Below, piece by piece: positions 33,438-42,713 of a stretch of DNA of 64,000 bases; the stretch's first letter is position 1, and each line of letters starts with the position of its first letter. The DNA is from Acidobacteriota bacterium (GTDB taxonomy: Bacteria > Acidobacteriota > Thermoanaerobaculia > Multivoradales > JAGPDF01). A program made the translations under genes and the position numbers. The notes under the pieces are model-generated. The model had not been told where the DNA came from. It searched no databases and saw only the letters and a program-made list of their open reading frames with translations. The DNA lies in assembly GCA_045862895.1 (NCBI GenBank), contig BTUO01000005.1, forward strand, positions 207,980 through 271,979, read 5' to 3'.

Positions 33438-34091
33438 GTGATCGACGCGACCGCCGGCGCGCCGGCGGCCGCCGCGGCGGAGGGCGTCGTCCTGGTGGTC
33501 GAGGACGACGCCCTGCTCGGCCGTGCGCTGACCCGCCTGCTGCGCAGCGCCGGCCACCGCGTCGAGCTCCACGACCGCGTCGGCGCGCTGCTCGACCGGC
33601 CGCTTCCCGACGCCCCCGCCTGCCTCGTCCTCGATCTCCACCTGCCCGACGGCAGCGGCTTCGACGTGCTCGACCACGTCGAGGCGCTCGGCGAGTCGCT
33701 GCCGGCGGTGGTGATCACCGCCCACGGCGACGTGCCGACCACCGTGCGCGCCATGAAGCGCGGCGCCATCGAGCTGCTCGAGAAGCCGTTCGACAACCGC
33801 CGCCTGCTCGAGGCGGTGGCCGCGGGCCTCGAGCGCAACGCGCGCGAGCGCGCCGAGCGACACCGACGACAGAGCGCCCGCGACCGGCTGGCGGCGCTGT
33901 CGAGCCGCGAGCGCGAAGTCCTCGAACTGGTGGTCGAGGGGCTGCCCAACAAGCGCATCGCCTCGCGGCTCGGGGTCTCGGAACAGACGGTGAAGGTGCA
34001 CCGGATGCGGATCATGGAGAAGACCGGCGCCGATTCGCTCCCGGAGCTGGTCCGACTCTCGGCCGCGGCCGGGGAGCCGGCCGGCACGTGA
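33438..34091 (+). CDS. Two-component response regulator, NarL/FixJ (LuxR-type HTH) family
   Basis: REC domain (VLVVEDD, phospho-Asp in LVLDLHLPDGSG, T/K motifs) plus LuxR HTH (LSSREREVLELVVEGLPNKRIASRLGVSEQTVKVHR). Confidence 0.9.
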   Translation: MIDATAGAPAAAAAEGVVLVVEDDALLGRALTRLLRSAGHRVELHDRVGALLDRPLPDAPACLVLDLHLPDGSGFDVLDHVEALGESLPAVVITAHGDVPTTVRAMKRGAIELLEKPFDNRRLLEAVAAGLERNARERAERHRRQSARDRLAALSSREREVLELVVEGLPNKRIASRLGVSEQTVKVHRMRIMEKTGADSLPELVRLSAAAGEPAGT

Positions 34092-36091
34092 GGCGCGCGC
34101 CGGCCCTCCGGCTCGCCGCCGCTCTCGCCGCGCTGACGCTGGCGGCGGCCGCGTCGCGCGCCGCCGAGGACCCGGTCGCCGCCCTGCTCGCCGAGTCCGA
34201 GCGCCTCGCCCCGGCCGACCCCGAGCGCTCCGAGCGCCTGGCCTCCGAGGCGCTCGGTCTCGCGCGCGAGCGCCGCGAACGCCGGCTCGAGGCGCGGGCG
34301 CTCAACCGCCGGGGCGTCGCGCGCTACTACGCCGGACAGTACGAGGCGGCCTACGCCGACTACGGCGAGAGCCTGCGCATCGCCGAGTCGGTCGGCGACC
34401 CGGAGCTCGCCGCCAACGCGCTCAACAACATCGGCGTCCTCCACTACCTGTGGGGGAGCCTCGACCGCGCGCTCGACTACTACCGGCGCGCGCTCGACCT
34501 GCGCGTCTCGGGCAGCGACCGCGCCGGCATCGCGCGCTCGCTCAACAACCTCGGCGGGGTCTCGGACGCCGCCGGACGCTACGACGAGGCGATCGACTAC
34601 TTCCGGCGCGCCATCGAGCTCTACGACCAGCTCGGCGAGCGCGAGCTGGCGATCTCGGCGCGCAACAACGTCGCCCTGTCGCTGCTCCACCTCGACCGCT
34701 TCGACGAGGCGCGCGCCGAGCTCGACCGCGCCCTTGCCGAGGCCGAGTCGATCGGCGACCTGTCGGGGGTCGCCACCGCCGAGGACCACCGCGGCCTGCT
34801 GCTGCGCGAGGCGGGACGCACCGACGAGGCGCGCGTCGCCTTCGAGCGGGCGCTCGAGCTGCGCACCCGGATCGGCGACCGGCCCGGCACCGCCGCCGTG
34901 CTCGAGCACCTCGGCGCCGCCGCCGCCGACCTCGGCGACTACGACGCGGCGGTCGAGCGACTCGAAGCGGCGATCGCCCTCGCCGTCGAGCTCGACGTGC
35001 CTCAGCTCGAGCGCGACGCCTGGCTGCGCCGCGCCGAAGTCGAGCAGCGCCGCGGCGACGCCACCGCCGCGCTCGAGGCTTTCCGCCGCTACCACGAGGT
35101 CCACGCCCGGCTGGTCAGCGACGCCAGCTCGCGCCGGCTCGCCGAGATGCGCGCCCTGCTCGAGCTCGCGAAAAAAAGCGGCGACATCGAACGGCTGAGC
35201 CGCGAACGCGCCAACCAGCGGACGCTGCTCGCCGCGCTCGCCGTCGCCCTGGTACTGCTCGCCGCCGTGGTCGTCCTGCTCTGGAGCCGCAGCCGGCTCG
35301 AGGACCGCGCGCGGCGCGAGATCGAGTCGCGCAACGAGGCGCTGCGCCGCGCCCACGAGGAGCTCGAGCGATCGAGCCAGGCCGAGGTGGCCCACCTCGC
35401 CCGCGTCGTCTCGCTCGGAGAGCTCACCGCGGCGGTGGCGCACGAGCTCAACCAGCCGCTGTCGGCGATCCTGACCAACGCCGAGGTCGCTTCGTCGATG
35501 ATCGAGAAGGGACGTGCCGAGCCGGCCGAGGTGCGCGCCGCGATCGACGACATCGCGCTCGGCGCCCGTCGCGCCTGGGAGGTGCTGCACCACCTGCGCC
35601 GGCTGGCCCGCCGCGGCGAAGTCGAGCGCGAGCGCGTGGCGCTCGGCGAGATCGCCGGCGAGGCGATCGAGATCGCCGGCGCCGAGGCGCGGATGCGCGC
35701 CACCGAGCTCCTGCTCGAAGGCCCGCGCCACGGACCCGAGGTGCTGGGCGATCCGGTCCAGCTGCAGCAGGTGATCCTGAACCTGCTGCAGAACGCGATC
35801 ACGGCGAGCGCCGAGGCCGCGCCGCCGCGTCGGGTGCGGCTGCGCGCCGGCAGCGAAGGCGGGCGCGCGGTGCTGGCGGTCGAGGACGCCGGACCACCGG
35901 TCGCCGACGAGGTGCTGGGGCGCCTGTTCGAGCCGTTCTTCACCACCCGCGCCGAGGGGCTCGGCATGGGGCTCGCGATCAGCCGGCGGCTGGTCGAGGC
36001 GCACGGCGGGAGGATGTGGGCACGGCGGCGCGAGAGCGACGCCGGCGGCCTGGTCGTCGGCTTCGACCTGCCGCTCGCGCCGGAGCCCTGA
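34088..36091 (+). CDS. Sensor histidine kinase with periplasmic TPR repeats
   Basis: Signal peptide, TPR-like repeats (ALNNIGVLHY..., LNNLGGV...), TM, H-box (LTAAVAHELNQPLSAI), HATPase N/G boxes; ATGA overlap with response regulator. Confidence 0.85.
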   Translation: MRRAPALRLAAALAALTLAAAASRAAEDPVAALLAESERLAPADPERSERLASEALGLARERRERRLEARALNRRGVARYYAGQYEAAYADYGESLRIAESVGDPELAANALNNIGVLHYLWGSLDRALDYYRRALDLRVSGSDRAGIARSLNNLGGVSDAAGRYDEAIDYFRRAIELYDQLGERELAISARNNVALSLLHLDRFDEARAELDRALAEAESIGDLSGVATAEDHRGLLLREAGRTDEARVAFERALELRTRIGDRPGTAAVLEHLGAAAADLGDYDAAVERLEAAIALAVELDVPQLERDAWLRRAEVEQRRGDATAALEAFRRYHEVHARLVSDASSRRLAEMRALLELAKKSGDIERLSRERANQRTLLAALAVALVLLAAVVVLLWSRSRLEDRARREIESRNEALRRAHEELERSSQAEVAHLARVVSLGELTAAVAHELNQPLSAILTNAEVASSMIEKGRAEPAEVRAAIDDIALGARRAWEVLHHLRRLARRGEVERERVALGEIAGEAIEIAGAEARMRATELLLEGPRHGPEVLGDPVQLQQVILNLLQNAITASAEAAPPRRVRLRAGSEGGRAVLAVEDAGPPVADEVLGRLFEPFFTTRAEGLGMGLAISRRLVEAHGGRMWARRRESDAGGLVVGFDLPLAPEP

Positions 36092-36106
36092 GCGCCGGTC
36101 CGCCGC

Positions 36107-36601
36107 TCAGCGCCGCAGGTCGGCGGCGTAGCGGCTCGACTGGCCGGCGGTCTCCTCGATCTCGACCGCGAGCCAGGTCAGCCGCGCGGTCGCGACGTCG
36201 TCGGCGAGCGCGCGCCAGGCCCAGCGCGCCAGCAGCTCCATCGACGTGTTGACCGCCGGCAGCAGCACGACCTCGTCGGCCGGGAAGCGGTACTCGCGCT
36301 CCCCCCAGCGGCATTCGACCGAGTCGCCTTCGATCCGCACCTCGACCGCGGGGCTCCGCTCGGGCAGCAGCACGTGGTCGTCGAGCTCGGCGCAGAGCTC
36401 GCGCACCCGGCGCTTGAGCGCGTCGGTGTCGGCCAGCAGCCCGAGCTCGTCGAGCTCGGGTCCCGCGGCCTCGATCGACATCCGGTAGTTGTGACCGTGC
36501 AGCGGCTCGGCCTCGGTCGGACCGAGCAGAGTGAAGTGCGCCACCGAGAACTTGAAGTCCTGCTTGGCGAGGCGGAGGGTCCAGAGCGGGCGGTCCACCA
36601 A
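36107..36601 (-). CDS. queD: 6-carboxy-5,6,7,8-tetrahydropterin synthase / 6-pyruvoyl-tetrahydropterin synthase family
   Basis: PTPS zinc/catalytic motif region (LHGHNYRMSIEAAG); about 164 aa. Confidence 0.8.
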   Translation of the reverse strand: MVDRPLWTLRLAKQDFKFSVAHFTLLGPTEAEPLHGHNYRMSIEAAGPELDELGLLADTDALKRRVRELCAELDDHVLLPERSPAVEVRIEGDSVECRWGEREYRFPADEVVLLPAVNTSMELLARWAWRALADDVATARLTWLAVEIEETAGQSSRYAADLRR

Positions 36602-36607
36602 GAGATT

Positions 36608-37936
36608 CTACGCGCCGCCACCGAGCGCCGGGAGCGCCTCCTCGAGCGCGTCGAAGACCGCCTCGCAATCGCCGTCGGTCGCGCAGTAGGGCGGCAACAG
36701 GTAGACGACGTCGCCGAGCGGCCGCAGCAGGATGCCGCGCTCGAGCATCGCCCGCGCCAGGAGCGGCCCGCGCGGGTCGAGATAGCCGCCGCCCGGCGCG
36801 GCGTCGAGCTCGACCACCGCCAGCGCGCCGAGGCCGCGGGTCGAGGCGACGCCGGGCAGGGCCGCGATCCTCTCCAGCCGCCGCGCGAACAGCGCCTCGA
36901 GCCGCGCCACCCGCCCGAGCGAACGGTCGCGGTCGAGCAGCTCGAGGCTCGCCAGCGCGGCGGCGCAGGCGATCGGGTTCGCGGTGTAGGAGTGGCCGTG
37001 GAAGAAGGCTCGTCCGCGGTCGTCCGAGAGGAAGTCGGCGTGGATCGCCTCGGTCGCGAGCGTCGCCGCCAGCGGCAGGTATCCGCCGGTCAGCCCCTTG
37101 GACAGGCACATCAGATCGGGCGCGACGCCGGCGTGCTCGCAGGCGAAGAGCCGCCCGGTCCGGCCGAACCCGGTGAAGATCTCGTCGGCGACCAGCGGGA
37201 GGCCGCGCCGCGCGGTCGCCTCCCGCACCGCCCGCAGGTACGCCGGCGGGTGGATCCGCATGCCGCCGGCCCCCTGCACGATCGGCTCGACCAGCACCGC
37301 CGCCACCCGGCCCGCCTCGCGCTCGAGGATCGCCTCGAGCGCGGCGACGCACTCGTCGACCGACCGCCCCCCGACCGGCACCGGCGCATGGCGCACCTCG
37401 CACAGCAGCTCCGCGAAGGCGCCGTGGAACAGCGCCTGCCCCCCCGCCGCCATCGCCCCGAAGGTGTCGCCGTGGTAGCCGCCTTCGAGCGCGACGAACA
37501 GCGTCCGGGCCGGTTCGCCGCGCTGCCGCCACGACTGCACCGCCATCTTCATCGCGACCTCGACCGCGGTCGAGCCGTCGTCGGAGAAGAAGACACGCGA
37601 CAGTCCCGCCGGCGCCCGCCGGACCAGCTCCGCTGCCAGCCGCGCCGCCGGCTCGTGCGTGAATCCGGCGAAGATCACCTGCTCCAGCCGGGCCGCCTGC
37701 GCCGCGATCGCGCGCGCGATCTCCGGCCGCGCGTGCCCGTGCAGGTTCACCCACCAGGACGAGATCCCGTCGAAGATCCGCCGCCCGTCGGCGAGCAGCA
37801 GCCACGCCCCGTCCCCGGCCACCACCGGCAGCGGCGGATCCGCCGTCTTCGCCTGCGTGTACGGATGCCAGACGTGCCGCCGGTCGAGCTCGAGCCACTC
37901 GTCCGCCGTGCCGGGAACATTGCCAGGAGGGATCAC
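36608..37936 (-). CDS. bioA: Adenosylmethionine-8-amino-7-oxononanoate aminotransferase
   Basis: Class III aminotransferase with BioA hallmarks (WHPYTQ, SKGLTGGYLPLAA PLP-lysine motif); GTG start. Confidence 0.9.
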   Translation of the reverse strand: MIPPGNVPGTADEWLELDRRHVWHPYTQAKTADPPLPVVAGDGAWLLLADGRRIFDGISSWWVNLHGHARPEIARAIAAQAARLEQVIFAGFTHEPAARLAAELVRRAPAGLSRVFFSDDGSTAVEVAMKMAVQSWRQRGEPARTLFVALEGGYHGDTFGAMAAGGQALFHGAFAELLCEVRHAPVPVGGRSVDECVAALEAILEREAGRVAAVLVEPIVQGAGGMRIHPPAYLRAVREATARRGLPLVADEIFTGFGRTGRLFACEHAGVAPDLMCLSKGLTGGYLPLAATLATEAIHADFLSDDRGRAFFHGHSYTANPIACAAALASLELLDRDRSLGRVARLEALFARRLERIAALPGVASTRGLGALAVVELDAAPGGGYLDPRGPLLARAMLERGILLRPLGDVVYLLPPYCATDGDCEAVFDALEEALPALGGGA

Positions 37937-38045
37937 GCTCTCAGCTCTCGAAAGACAAGACGGTTCTGTTCAAGACGAATACGAAAGACGAAGTCCAAGA
38001 CTTTCATAGAAGGGAAAGACAGGAACCACCGAAGATTCCTCATCG
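37937..38045 (-). promoter_or_regulatory. Low-GC (about 45%) island immediately upstream of bioA with six GTCTT pentamers and a short uORF whose TGA overlaps the bioA GTG
   Basis: Minus-strand sequence ...cctGTCTTtccc...aaaGTCTTggacttcGTCTTtcgtattcGTCTTgaacagaaccGTCTTGTCTTtcgagagctgagagcGTGA; composition sharply deviates from flanking 72% GC. Confidence 0.4.
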
Positions 38046-38049
38046 AGTG

Positions 38050-38309
38050 CGACAACGACCGTCGCCGGCCGCGACGGCACCCGCCGGACGACCCCCCGCG
38101 CCCGCAGCAAGCCGCCACGACATGCCGGGGACATGTTGCCCGCGCAGCGGGCTACGTGTCCCCGCGATCCCCTGCCGAACGTGGCAATTCGCCGTCCCGA
38201 AGTGCACGCAAAGACGCAGCCCACCCGCGACAACGACCCCAGCCGACCGCGACGGCACCCGCCGAACGACCACCAGCACCCGCAGCAAGCCGCCACGCCA
38301 TGCCGGTCC
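38050..38309. repeat. Two about 80-bp direct repeats (38050-38130 and 38228-38309, about 85% identical) in the bioD-bioA gap
   Basis: cgacaacgacc...cgcgacggcacccgcc[g/a]gacgacc...cccgcagcaagccgccacg[a/c]catgccgg occurs twice, 178 bp apart. Confidence 0.6.
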
Positions 38310-38323
38310 GCCTTCCTCCACAG

Positions 38324-38998
38324 TCAGGCGTCGGGCGAAGCGAAGAGATCTCGCAGGAGGAGATCGTCGATGCGAAACTGCGGATCCGCCTGCAGCGCGG
38401 AAAGCGACAACTCCTCGACCCGCGGCACCTCGGCGACCACCGGCACGCCGCCGAACAGCTCGATCGCCTCGCGGTTGTCCGCGTTCGGCGGCCCCGACAG
38501 CACCACCCCCGCGACCGCGAGCGAACGCCGCCGTGCCGCCTCGAGCGAGAGCAGCGTGTGATTGATCGTGCCGAGCGTCGAACGGGCCACCAGCAGCAGC
38601 GGCGCCGCCATCTGTCGGACCAGCTCGACCTGGAGCGTGCCGGCGTCGTCGAGCGGGACCAGCAGTCCCCCCGCCCCCTCGATCACCCAGCCGTGCTCCG
38701 GCCAGACCGAGCGCATCTCGGCGAACCGCGCCGCGATCCGCGCCAGCTCGATCGGCACCCCTTCGCGCCGCGCCGCCAGGTGCGGCGAGACCGGGTCCGC
38801 GTACAGGTACGCCTCGGCCGGCGCGACCACCCCCGGAACCAGCGCCTCGACCGTCGTGCGGTCGCGCTCGTCCGCCGCGCCGGTCGCGACCGGCTTCCAG
38901 TAGCCGAGCGGCCGCGCGCCGCCGAAGCGTGCCACCAGCAGCGCCGAGACCACCGTCTTGCCGACCCCGGTGTCGGTCCCCGCCACGAACAGCTTCAT
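38324..38998 (-). CDS. bioD: Dethiobiotin synthetase
   Basis: P-loop GTDTGVGKT, BioD-length and motifs; ATGA overlap with bioF stop. Confidence 0.9.
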   Translation of the reverse strand: MKLFVAGTDTGVGKTVVSALLVARFGGARPLGYWKPVATGAADERDRTTVEALVPGVVAPAEAYLYADPVSPHLAARREGVPIELARIAARFAEMRSVWPEHGWVIEGAGGLLVPLDDAGTLQVELVRQMAAPLLLVARSTLGTINHTLLSLEAARRRSLAVAGVVLSGPPNADNREAIELFGGVPVVAEVPRVEELSLSALQADPQFRIDDLLLRDLFASPDA

Positions 38999-40158
38999 CG
39001 ACCCATCTCCTCGGCCACCGCCGCCGCGAGCGCGTCGAGATCGCCGCCCGCATGGTCGGCATGCACCGACAGCCGCAGCCGCGCCGTCCCCTCGGGCACC
39101 GTCGGCGGCCGCACCGCGCGCACGTCGAAGCCGCGCCGCGCGAGACGCTGCGCGATCTCGACCGAGCGCGCGTTGTCGCCGATCAACACCGGCACGATCG
39201 GGCTACCCTGCCGCGCGACCTCGAGCCCGCCGTCCGCCAACGCCCCGCGCAGGCGGCGCGCGTTGACGTGGAGGCGTCCGCGCCGCCCCGGGTCGCGCAG
39301 CACCCGGTCGAGCGCCACCTCGAGTGCGAGGATGAGCAGCGGCGACACCGCCGTGGAGAACACCAGCGCCCGCGCGCGCTGCACCAGACGGTCGATCAGG
39401 AACCGCGGACCGCACACCGCCCCGCCCTGCAACGCGAGCGCCTTACCGAACGTGGTCACCGAAGCGAGCACGCCGCTCTCCGCGCCACACGCTTCGATCC
39501 AACCCGAGCCGCGCGCCTCGCCGTAGAGGCCCGTGGCGTGCGCCTCGTCGACCAGCAGGTGGCATCCGCCCGCGGAGCACAGCGCCGCCAGCTCGCCGAG
39601 CGGCGCCAGGTCGCCGTCCATGCTGTAGAGCGACTCGACCAGTACGAACGTCTCGCCCTCGCGACGCGGGCGACCGAGCTCGCGGCGGACCGCGTCGAGG
39701 TCCAGGTGCGGCACGATCCGCCGCTCGACGCGCGCCGCGCGCAGCGCGTCGATCAGGCTGGCGTGATTGAGGGCGTCGGAGATCACCACGTCGCCGGGCT
39801 CGAACAGGCCGCCCGCGAGCGCCGCGTTGGCCTGCCAGCCGGAGGGCAGGATCAGCGCCGCCTCGGACCCCTTGAAGGCGGCGAGTCGCGCCTCGATGCG
39901 CTCGTGCGCCTCGAGGTGGCCGCGCAGCAGCCGCGACGCCGGTGCGAACAGCGGCGCGCCGGCCGCGGCCGACGCGGCGATGCGCGCCGCGACCTCCGCC
40001 GCGAACGCAAAGTCGCCGGCGAGCCCCAGATAGTCGTTCGACGAGAAATCGATGCCGGCCGGCCGCGCCAGCCGCCGGACCAGCCCGTCCGCCTCGCGCA
40101 CGGCCCGGTCGGCCGCGATGCGCCCCTCGAGGCCGCCGGTGGCGACCGCGCCGCTCAC
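38995..40158 (-). CDS. bioF: 8-amino-7-oxononanoate synthase
   Basis: alpha-oxoamine synthase motifs ([14 protein letters not shown]-lysine in [14 protein letters not shown]); GTG at 40158 overlapping bioB stop (GTGA); the 665-aa ORF N-terminus is R/G-rich artefact. Confidence 0.85.
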   Translation of the reverse strand: MSGAVATGGLEGRIAADRAVREADGLVRRLARPAGIDFSSNDYLGLAGDFAFAAEVAARIAASAAAGAPLFAPASRLLRGHLEAHERIEARLAAFKGSEAALILPSGWQANAALAGGLFEPGDVVISDALNHASLIDALRAARVERRIVPHLDLDAVRRELGRPRREGETFVLVESLYSMDGDLAPLGELAALCSAGGCHLLVDEAHATGLYGEARGSGWIEACGAESGVLASVTTFGKALALQGGAVCGPRFLIDRLVQRARALVFSTAVSPLLILALEVALDRVLRDPGRRGRLHVNARRLRGALADGGLEVARQGSPIVPVLIGDNARSVEIAQRLARRGFDVRAVRPPTVPEGTARLRLSVHADHAGGDLDALAAAVAEEMGR

Positions 40159-41150
40159 GCCGGGACCGGCGCCGCCAGCGGCTCGAGCCCGAGCCGTTCG
40201 AGCAAATCGGCGTCGGCGTCGCGCCCCGGGTTCGGCGTCGTCAGCAGTCGCTCGCCGGTGAAGATCGAGTTGGCGCCGGCCAGGAAGCAGAGCGCCTGGG
40301 TCTCGTCCGACATCGCCGTGCGCCCGGCCGAGAGCCGGACGAAGGCCGTCGGCATCACGACGCGCGCCGTCGCGATCGCGCGCGCCATCTCGAGCCCCGA
40401 GACCGGCTCTCGATCCGCGAGCGGCGTGCCGGAAACGGCGACCAGCGCGTTGATCGGCACGCTCCCCGGATGCGGATCCCGCCGCGCCAGCACGCCGAGC
40501 ATGGCGACCCGGTCGGCCACCGCCTCGCCCAGACCGAGGATGCCGCCGCAGCAGACCGAGACCCCCGCCCGGTCGAGCGCGTCGAGCGTGCGCAGGCGGT
40601 CGTCGTAGGTCCGCGTCGTGATGATGCGACCATAGTGCTCCGGGCCGGTGTCGAGGTTGTGGTTGTAGGCGGTCAGGCCGGCGGCGGCCAGCCGCCGGGC
40701 CTGGGCGTCGCTCAGCATGCCGAGCGTGCAGCAGACCTCGAGCCCGAGCTCCGCCACCGCCTCGACCATCGCCAGCACGCGGTCGAACTCCGGGCCGTCC
40801 CTGACCTCGCGCCAGGCCGCGCCCATGCAGAAGCGGGTCGACCCGCCCTCCCGAGCCGCGTGCGCGGCTGCGACCACCGCGTCGAGATCCAGCAGCCGAT
40901 GGCGTTCGACGTCGGCGGCGTGGTGCGCGCTCTGTGGACAGTAGCCGCAGTCCTCCGGGCATCCGCCGGTCTTGATCGACAGCAGCGTGCACAGCTGAAC
41001 CCGCAGCGGATCGTGGTGGATCCGGTGCACCTGCTGCGCGCGGAACAGCAGCTCGGGCAGCGGCAGGTCGTGGATGGCGCGGATCTCGGCGTCGGTCCAG
41101 TCATGGCGCGGACGGCTCGGGTCGAACGTCGGGCTCTCGGACGGCGTCAT
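40155..41150 (-). CDS. bioB: Biotin synthase
   Basis: Radical SAM CxxxCxxC ([10 protein letters not shown]) plus BioB YNHNLDT and C-terminal cluster residues. Confidence 0.9.
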   Translation of the reverse strand: MTPSESPTFDPSRPRHDWTDAEIRAIHDLPLPELLFRAQQVHRIHHDPLRVQLCTLLSIKTGGCPEDCGYCPQSAHHAADVERHRLLDLDAVVAAAHAAREGGSTRFCMGAAWREVRDGPEFDRVLAMVEAVAELGLEVCCTLGMLSDAQARRLAAAGLTAYNHNLDTGPEHYGRIITTRTYDDRLRTLDALDRAGVSVCCGGILGLGEAVADRVAMLGVLARRDPHPGSVPINALVAVSGTPLADREPVSGLEMARAIATARVVMPTAFVRLSAGRTAMSDETQALCFLAGANSIFTGERLLTTPNPGRDADADLLERLGLEPLAAPVPA

Positions 41151-41204
41151 GGTCTCCCCGGAAACGGTCGGAAGGGCGGCATTCTACGTGCCGCCCTGCG
41201 GTCG

Positions 41205-41240
41205 CCGAAACGCGAGCGGGCGGGGTCGCCCCCGCCCGCT
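41205..41240 (-). terminator. GC-rich 11-bp hairpin (GCGGGCGGGGG-cga-CCCCCGCCCGC) after the repeat lipoprotein gene; weak U-tract
   Basis: Perfect inverted repeat in the 115-bp gap between lipoprotein stop and bioB start. Confidence 0.35.
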
Positions 41241-41265
41241 CGAAATCGCGCCCGAAACCGCGACG

Positions 41266-41730
41266 TCAGTCGTCGTCACCACCGTTGTCGTCGCCCGGCG
41301 GATCGTCGTTGCCGTTGCCACCGTTGTCGTCGCCCGGCGGATCGTCGTTGCCGTTGCCACCGTTGTCGTCGCCCGGCGGATCGTCGTTGCCGTTGCCACC
41401 GCGGTCGTCGCCGGGAGGATCGTCGTCGTTGCCCCCGCCCTGATCGGGCGTGCCGTCGTCGTCGCCACCCGGAGTTCCCGGCGCATCCCCCGGACCCTGA
41501 TCCGGCGTGCCGTCGTCGTCCGTGGGGCTGCCGCCGTTGTCGCCGGTGCCCTGGTCGGCGGTGCCGTCGTCGCCGCCCGAGCCCGAGCCGCCGGCATTCG
41601 GCAGGCTCGGACCGGTCGAGCTCGAGTTCTTGCCGCCTCCGCCCGAGCAGCCGGCGAAGAGCAGGACCAGCAGGGCGGCGCCGAGCGCCGGGGCGGGGGT
41701 CAGAAGCTTGCGGAGCTGAGTGCGGAACAT
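41266..41730 (-). CDS. Acidic Gly/Asp-rich lipoprotein with three perfect 13-aa tandem repeats (GGNGNDDPPGDDN)
   Basis: Lipobox LLFAGCSGG; AAGGGAGG RBS; repeats encoded by three perfect 39-bp units. Confidence 0.6.
   Translation of the reverse strand: MFRTQLRKLLTPAPALGAALLVLLFAGCSGGGGKNSSSTGPSLPNAGGSGSGGDDGTADQGTGDNGGSPTDDDGTPDQGPGDAPGTPGGDDDGTPDQGGGNDDDPPGDDRGGNGNDDPPGDDNGGNGNDDPPGDDNGGNGNDDPPGDDNGGDDD
41281..41397. repeat. 3 x 39-bp perfect tandem repeat (plus degenerate 4th copy) inside the lipoprotein CDS
   Basis: accgttgtcgtcgcccggcggatcgtcgttgccgttgcc repeated head-to-tail. Confidence 0.9.
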
Positions 41731-41810
41731 CGGAGCCTCCCTTGTCGGGTCGTCGGTTCGTTCGTCCGACCCTTGAGACAGGCCCCGAAGCCCGCCGGAA
41801 CCGCGGCCGG

Positions 41811-42593
41811 TCAGATCGTCGGGCCGACCACTCGAACCGTCGCCTCGAGCTCGGTCGCGACGCCGTCGAGCTCGAACTGGATCAGCAGCGTGTGGTTCGT
41901 CCCCTTGTTCGGCTCGAGCAAAAGGTCGAAGGCGTCGGCCTGGCCGAACTTCGCCTGCAGGTGGCTGCCCTGGATCGAGGTCCGCCGCGGCTCGAGCGGC
42001 AGCGCCGCCGGGTCGTCGCCGACCAGCACCACGGTCTCCGGGTCGATCAGGTCGAACCCTTCACCGCGCACGAACACCGTGAGCTGGCCCGAGCTCCGGG
42101 TCCAGTTGGTGTTCCAGGAGTCCGGCGAGACCTGGACCGTGAGCGGACCACCGTCGCCGCCGGTCCGTTCGGGCCGGCCGTTGCGCGACATCGAGGTGAC
42201 GCGCGCGCTCGAGCCCGAGATCGCAACCTCCATCTCGATGCGGTCGTCGTCGCGCAGATCGCGGACCTCGACCGGCGCGCGGCCGCGCCCGGTCGAGAAA
42301 CCGAGGGTCTGGTCGCCGGCCGGGACCCGCTCGAGCGCGAACCGACCCGAGGAGTCGGTCCGGGCGGCCAGTGCAGTCCCCTCGACGGTCACCTGGACGC
42401 CGCTCGCGGCGCGGCCGCCGCTGGTCACCTTGCCGGAGACGCTGGCGCCGGTGGTGCTCGCCGGTCCGCCGCCCGGCGGCGGCGGCGCGGTGGCGGTCGA
42501 AGAGCTGCCGCCGCCGGAGCAGGCCAGCGAAGAAACTCCGACGAACGCGGCAATCGGCACGAGGCGTGCGAAGCTCCGGAGCGGTCGGATCAT
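41811..42593 (-). CDS. Lipoprotein with carboxypeptidase-regulatory-like (CarboxypepD_reg) domain
   Basis: Lipobox VSSLACSGG; SGKVTSGGRAASGVQVTVEGTALAARTDSSGRFALERVPAGDQTL matches the CarboxypepD_reg fold; ATG at 42593 with AAGGAG 8 nt upstream. Confidence 0.6.
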   Translation of the reverse strand: MIRPLRSFARLVPIAAFVGVSSLACSGGGSSSTATAPPPPGGGPASTTGASVSGKVTSGGRAASGVQVTVEGTALAARTDSSGRFALERVPAGDQTLGFSTGRGRAPVEVRDLRDDDRIEMEVAISGSSARVTSMSRNGRPERTGGDGGPLTVQVSPDSWNTNWTRSSGQLTVFVRGEGFDLIDPETVVLVGDDPAALPLEPRRTSIQGSHLQAKFGQADAFDLLLEPNKGTNHTLLIQFELDGVATELEATVRVVGPTI

Positions 42594-42619
42594 GGTCGGT
42601 CTCCTTTCGGGGCTCCCCA

Positions 42620-42637
42620 CCAGCAGGAACGATGCCG
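42620..42637 (-). promoter_or_regulatory. Possible sigma-54 promoter (cGGCATcgttccTGCT) about 40 nt upstream of lipoprotein gene
   Basis: GG and GC dinucleotides at correct -24/-12 spacing; one mismatch in each element. Confidence 0.25.
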
Positions 42638-42713
42638 TTTCTCCCACGAAGCCCGCCGGCGCCGCGGCGGCCCGGTCCGCTGGCGCCCTGTGGCCCGCTC
42701 CACCCGACCCCGC

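Noticed and set aside
37970-38296. 108-aa Cys/Arg/Gly-rich ORF (MAACCGCWWSFGGCRRG...) in the bioD-bioA gap, possible missing biotin-pathway gene
   Set aside because: Composition is implausible for an enzyme and it is generated by the direct-repeat DNA. No similarity to BioC/BioH/BioG/BioZ-type proteins was recognised.
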